DNA of 63,692 bases, filler included, from Candidatus Babelota bacterium (GTDB taxonomy: Bacteria > JAGOBX01), in NCBI GenBank assembly GCA_017999075.1. It is 8 parts of 8 records of this genome, joined end to end, with 100 filler letters (N's around TTAATTAATTAA, not from the genome) between each part and the next. Parts side by side here need not be neighbours in the genome. Positions count along the whole stretch, not along the records: positions 55,885 to 63,692 come from JAGOBX010000154.1; 7 more parts are not named here. The stretch is one strand, 5' to 3'. The position numbers and the translations under genes were made by a program. The notes beneath the pieces are model-generated. The model had not been told where the DNA came from. It searched no databases and saw only the letters and a program-made list of their open reading frames with translations. Below are positions 59,369 to 63,692 of the stretch, one piece after another. Position 1 is the stretch's first letter; each line of letters starts with the position of its first letter.

Positions 59369-60541
59369 ATGATTAATATTTTACATTTTACTTATGATTA
59401 TCCTTCGGCAGTTACTCCTGATAAAACTCCTGCAGTCTTAAATCTTATCAAATCTGTAGAAAATTCCTGCGGACATTTTGTTGTTAATCTTAACAGAGTA
59501 AATTCTTTTAATAAAGAATCTTTTTTTTTCAATAATAATCTCGCAGTGATAAACACGTTCGGTCTTCCCAAAGGAATGTTTTTCAGGTTCACTTTACACA
59601 GGGCATTAAAAAATATTAACACTTTAAAAAAAACTTATGATATTGATTTCAACAAATTTAATCTTATACATTCTCATAAACTTTGTTTTGAAGGACCAAT
59701 AGCGTATAACTATTCTTTAAAACATAACATTCCTTTCATAATATCCGTCAGGACGTTTGATTTTCCCGTATTAAAATACAGGATTGATTTAAGGTCTTTT
59801 TACAAAAAAATATTATTGGCTGCAAAACAAATTATATTTATTTCGCCTTGGATGGAAAATTTTTTAGCAGATATAATAGGTACAAGTTTTTATAATTCGT
59901 ATTTGAAAAATAAAACCTTTTGTTTGGGTTCTATCATTAATTTAAATTATTCGGATAAATTAACAATTGCTTTTGATAAAAAACAAAGTGTTTTCAAATT
60001 TGTTACCGTGATGAAAATATCAGAGTTGTATATTAAAGTTAAAAATATCAGGCGTGTATTAGAATCGTTATCAAAACTTGAAATACCGTTTATGTTTGAT
60101 ATAATTGGAACGGGAGATTCCGGATCAGTAAAGAAATTGAATAAGATGATTGAAAAATACCGATTAAACGGAAAAGTAAGGCTGACAGGGTATGTGGAGA
60201 ATAGATATATTGCTGATTATCTTAAACAGTATGACGCTTATATTATGCCAAGTTATCCTGAAACACTGGGTATGGCATTTATCGAAGCTTTGAATGCAGG
60301 AGTTCCTGTTATATATTCTCAGAACGCGGGTATTGACGGTTTTTTTGATGATTCGATTGGAATAAAAGTCAATCCGTTTGATATAAATTCTATTTATCAA
60401 GGCATAAAAAAAATTATTGACTTGAATTCTGTTTATAAAAGTAATATAAAGTCTTTAATAGAGTGCGGCGGGCTTGACAGATTTAAATCCGAATATGTGG
60501 GGAAGAATTATTTTTATATTATAAATAAAGCTGTCGAATAA
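59369..60541 (+). CDS. Glycosyltransferase family 4
   Basis: MPSYPETLGMAFIEALNAGVPVI. Confidence 0.9.
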   Translation: MINILHFTYDYPSAVTPDKTPAVLNLIKSVENSCGHFVVNLNRVNSFNKESFFFNNNLAVINTFGLPKGMFFRFTLHRALKNINTLKKTYDIDFNKFNLIHSHKLCFEGPIAYNYSLKHNIPFIISVRTFDFPVLKYRIDLRSFYKKILLAAKQIIFISPWMENFLADIIGTSFYNSYLKNKTFCLGSIINLNYSDKLTIAFDKKQSVFKFVTVMKISELYIKVKNIRRVLESLSKLEIPFMFDIIGTGDSGSVKKLNKMIEKYRLNGKVRLTGYVENRYIADYLKQYDAYIMPSYPETLGMAFIEALNAGVPVIYSQNAGIDGFFDDSIGIKVNPFDINSIYQGIKKIIDLNSVYKSNIKSLIECGGLDRFKSEYVGKNYFYIINKAVE

Positions 60542-60547
60542 TAAGTT

Positions 60548-61417
60548 ATGAGTTGTATAATTTGCAATAATAATGAATATTCAGTTTTATTCTCTGCAGG
60601 AAAAGCACAGGATGAACCGATTTTAAAGTGCAATTCCTGCGGTCTTATGTTTTTGGATAATAAAAAAGATTACAGCGACCTGCAGAAATTAAAAAATAAT
60701 CCTGAAAATTCAGGGATTAGTATTCAATATGCTGAAAAACAAGTTTTACAAATATCTGATTACAAAGATATTTGTGATTTTATTTTAAAAAATAAAGGCA
60801 AAAATGCAAAAGTTCTGGAAATAGGTTCGAATACTGGAGCATTTTTGAATTTTTTGAAAAACCAGGGGTTTGATGCAAAAGGAATTGAACCGAATAAATT
60901 TGCATATGAATACGCAAAAAAAAATTTTGGGATAGATTTGATTAATGATGATTTGATTTCTGCAAATTTCAAATCTTCTGAATTTGACGCAGTTGTAATG
61001 CTTCACGTTATTGAGCATCTTAAAAATCCGTGTTTAGAACTTTCAGAAATTAAACGTGTTTTGAAACCAGGAGGATTATTGGTTATTGAAACTCCTTCAT
61101 TCGATTCTTTAATATTCAAATTTCTTAAACACAGGGAACGAAGTATTAGATGCAGAGGCCATCTTTTTTTCTTTACTTATGACACGTTGAAGCGTTTGTT
61201 GAAAAAAAACGGGTTTGATGTTCTTGATTTGAAATATGTAGGAAGAACTTTGACCGTTGAAAGATTGATTCATAATATAGGAATAATAATGAGCAGTGTA
61301 AAAATCAAACAAATTTTAATGAGTATTTGCAGAATCCTGAAGTTATCAGGATTGAAAATTAAGATTAATATTAAAGATATGCAGAGAATATATGCGGAAA
61401 ATAATAAAAGGGATTAA
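60548..61417 (+). CDS. Class I SAM methyltransferase with N-terminal CxxC...CxxC zinc site
   Basis: CIIC, CNSC, VLEIGSNTG, HVIEH, LKPGG, HLFFF. Confidence 0.88.
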   Translation: MSCIICNNNEYSVLFSAGKAQDEPILKCNSCGLMFLDNKKDYSDLQKLKNNPENSGISIQYAEKQVLQISDYKDICDFILKNKGKNAKVLEIGSNTGAFLNFLKNQGFDAKGIEPNKFAYEYAKKNFGIDLINDDLISANFKSSEFDAVVMLHVIEHLKNPCLELSEIKRVLKPGGLLVIETPSFDSLIFKFLKHRERSIRCRGHLFFFTYDTLKRLLKKNGFDVLDLKYVGRTLTVERLIHNIGIIMSSVKIKQILMSICRILKLSGLKIKINIKDMQRIYAENNKRD

Positions 61418-62483
61418 TTTTTTCAGAAATTATTTTATTAATCATTATGCCGTAAAATTCGGGTTATATCTGCCGAAACCTGTACAGGTATATTGGAACA
61501 TAACAGACAGCTGTAATTTTAAATGCGTAATGTGCAGCCGCTGGTCTAAAAAAATTAATAGAGAAGAAGAGGTTTCTGTTGAACTGATAAAAAACGTGAT
61601 AGATGATTTGGCTGAATGGGGAGTATATAAATTCGGTATTACAGGTGGAGAACCTTTTACCAGAAAAAAAAATGTTTTTGATGCTGCCTCTTACGCATCG
61701 TCAAAAGGATTATGGACTCATATAGGAACAAATGCATTTCTTCTTGAAGATTCGGATTTAGAAAAATTGCAAAAAATAGGAATAGGACATTTATCTGTTT
61801 CTATTGACGGCACTGAAAAAATTCACGATGCAATTAGATGTCAAAATGGTTCTTTTAAAAAAATTTTAAATGTTTTAAAGTGGGCAGATAAATTTAAAAT
61901 TCAAATCAAAATCAATACGGTTCTTACTGCTAAAAATTTAGACTCTATATTTGAAACTGTTGAATTGGCACTGACTTATAAATTTCCTGTTTTTATTCAG
62001 CCGTATAATCCTTATGACTCTAACTTGCTTACAGGACACACTCAAAAAAGTATTTCTGAAATTAATGATAACTGGATAACCGAAAATCAGAACACGATTC
62101 TTGATGATATGCTATATAAAATAATTGCAATGAAAAAAAAATACCCTCAATTTATTTTGAATGATGCCGAACATCTTAAAAATATGTGTTCATATTTTAA
62201 AAATCCTGTTTCTGTTTATTCTAAATGCGAAACAGGATATAAAAATTTACAGATAACTCCGTATGGAGATATAATAGCATGCTGGAATTTTAATAAATCA
62301 ATAGGAAATATTAAAACTGATAAAATCCAAAATATCTGGTATTCGGAAAAATTCAATAAAACCCGCAAAATTATGGATGAATGCAAGATTCTGTGTATTT
62401 CAGGATGCAGGTTTTATCCAAGTCCTCTGAAATTGCTTAATCCGAATAATATAAAAATTTTTCTTAATCGCGGAAAAAAATAG
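61392..62483 (+). CDS. Radical SAM protein with SPASM/twitch domain
   Basis: CNFKCVMC, TGGEP, SIDG..HDAIR; C-terminal C...GDIIAC...C..C...C. Confidence 0.9.
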   Translation: MRKIIKGINFFRNYFINHYAVKFGLYLPKPVQVYWNITDSCNFKCVMCSRWSKKINREEEVSVELIKNVIDDLAEWGVYKFGITGGEPFTRKKNVFDAASYASSKGLWTHIGTNAFLLEDSDLEKLQKIGIGHLSVSIDGTEKIHDAIRCQNGSFKKILNVLKWADKFKIQIKINTVLTAKNLDSIFETVELALTYKFPVFIQPYNPYDSNLLTGHTQKSISEINDNWITENQNTILDDMLYKIIAMKKKYPQFILNDAEHLKNMCSYFKNPVSVYSKCETGYKNLQITPYGDIIACWNFNKSIGNIKTDKIQNIWYSEKFNKTRKIMDECKILCISGCRFYPSPLKLLNPNNIKIFLNRGKK

Positions 62484-62610
62484 AATTATAAAAATATAAT
62501 CGTTTTTTTGTTTTTTAGAAGTTTTAACATATGAAATTGAAATTGTATGTTTTTTAAAAAAATTTAATAAGCAATTCTGATTAAAATTAAAAATTGAAAT
62601 GGAGGATGTT

Positions 62611-63692
62611 ATGAAAATGAAAAAAATAATGATAATCGTTTTTTTTGTTTTTTTTAATAATCTGTTTCTTATACATTTTTTATTAGGTTCAGAGTTATCG
62701 GATTATATCTCGTTAAACGGCGAAGCGCGTTCTTATTTTTTCAGCGGTAATTATTCTGGAAAAACTTTAACCCGTCAGGATTTTTCGATTGGCGGAAAAT
62801 TATCAATGGAAATAAAAAATAAAGCAAATAATATAAATTTAGGATTAACAGGCTATACTTCTCAGGGGCTTGGATTAAATTCTGATAATAAAGCGGTTTA
62901 TGGATTATTAGGAAAAAATACTGATAATACTCATAAAAATTATACGGTTTTAGGCGAAATATATCTCCTGATGAAGTATAAAAAATATTCGTTTAAAATC
63001 GGAAGGCAGGAAATTAACACGCCTTGGCTTAATATACATGATTCTCGTATGACTCCTTATACTTACGAGGCTGTTTATGGAGCTTATACATCAGAAAAAA
63101 ATATTTTTATTTTATCTTACGTTGATAAAATAAAAAATAAAAATGAAACTGATTTTATTTCTTTTCCTAAAAGACTTGGTTTGACTGAAGAACACAAACC
63201 TTTTTACATTGCCGGCATAAAAAACTCTAATTATTTAAAAACCGAGTTATGGTATTATATGTTGGAGGATGTTTGGTCAGATTATTACTGCAGTTTTCAG
63301 AAATCGCTGAAATATGCCGATAAAATAAATTCTTTTCACGAAATACGCTATTTAAGAAGACTTGATGAAGGAGATAGAATTTATGGAAGAATTAATACAT
63401 ATATGTTTGGAATAATCAACACATTTAAATATTTGGATCATTCGTTTGGAATTACTTATTCTTCAATCGGCAACAATAATCTTGATAGGTTGTGGGGACA
63501 TAGCGCCGCTATTTCTGTACAAATTGAATCAGTAGACGATGCGAAAGAAACCGGATGGCAATTTTCTTATGGGTATGATATGAAAAATTTCACAAACTTG
63601 AATTTGAATTTCAAAAGTCTTTACGCTTTTTTTGACAGGCCAGATTCATTAGGAAATGATAAAGAAGAATTTAATTTAGAAATTAATTACAA
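62611..63692 (+). CDS. OprD-family outer membrane porin; 3'-partial (absent from the ORF track)
   Basis: GGAGG SD at 62601, signal peptide, LGEIYL...KIGRQEINTPWL..HDSRMTPYTYEA; open to the window end. Confidence 0.78.
   Translation, partial: MKMKKIMIIVFFVFFNNLFLIHFLLGSELSDYISLNGEARSYFFSGNYSGKTLTRQDFSIGGKLSMEIKNKANNINLGLTGYTSQGLGLNSDNKAVYGLLGKNTDNTHKNYTVLGEIYLLMKYKKYSFKIGRQEINTPWLNIHDSRMTPYTYEAVYGAYTSEKNIFILSYVDKIKNKNETDFISFPKRLGLTEEHKPFYIAGIKNSNYLKTELWYYMLEDVWSDYYCSFQKSLKYADKINSFHEIRYLRRLDEGDRIYGRINTYMFGIINTFKYLDHSFGITYSSIGNNNLDRLWGHSAAISVQIESVDDAKETGWQFSYGYDMKNFTNLNLNFKSLYAFFDRPDSLGNDKEEFNLEINY

Overview
This window is not one continuous locus. It is eight ~7.8-8.0 kb contigs in strictly decreasing length order (1-7997, 8098-16092, 16193-24050, 24151-32003, 32104-39944, 40045-47866, 47967-55784, 55885-63692), joined by artificial 100-nt N...TTAATTAATTAA...N spacers, so gene context is valid only within a contig. 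The source is a very AT-rich diderm bacterium (KdsC, OmpA, OprD-type porin, O-antigen-type genes) using genetic code 11; I cannot assign the taxon. Contig 1: two-component, sigma54 and chemotaxis-like cluster, with tandem 7/8-mer inverted-repeat (panhandle) elements in three intergenic gaps, one enclosing a four-helix-bundle gene. Contig 2: queD/queE and a minus-strand run of methyltransferase, ino1, ArsR, bifunctional IPCT/DIPPS, membrane protein, ERCC4 nuclease (one in-frame amber) and B12 radical SAM. Contig 3: Hpt and hybrid kinase, ftsK, Fur-FeoA fusion, greA, duplicated exported proteins. Contig 4: ndk, alr, coaBC, envelope genes. Contig 5: class II aaRS-like paralog, asnS, SbnB-like, CysK/SbnA-like, PLP class V enzyme, pheT. 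Contig 6: kdsC, glgC, glyA, deoB. Contig 7: OmpA, DUF748 and a large EF-hand membrane protein, plus a TPR protein. Contig 8: surface polysaccharide locus with methyltransferase and radical SAM/SPASM, and a porin. I saw no rRNA, tRNA, CRISPR array or transposase. The best leads for new biology are the panhandle repeat cassettes, the CDP-inositol operon and the orphan SbnB/aaRS-paralog region. Family calls are from motif recognition only; no database searches were run.
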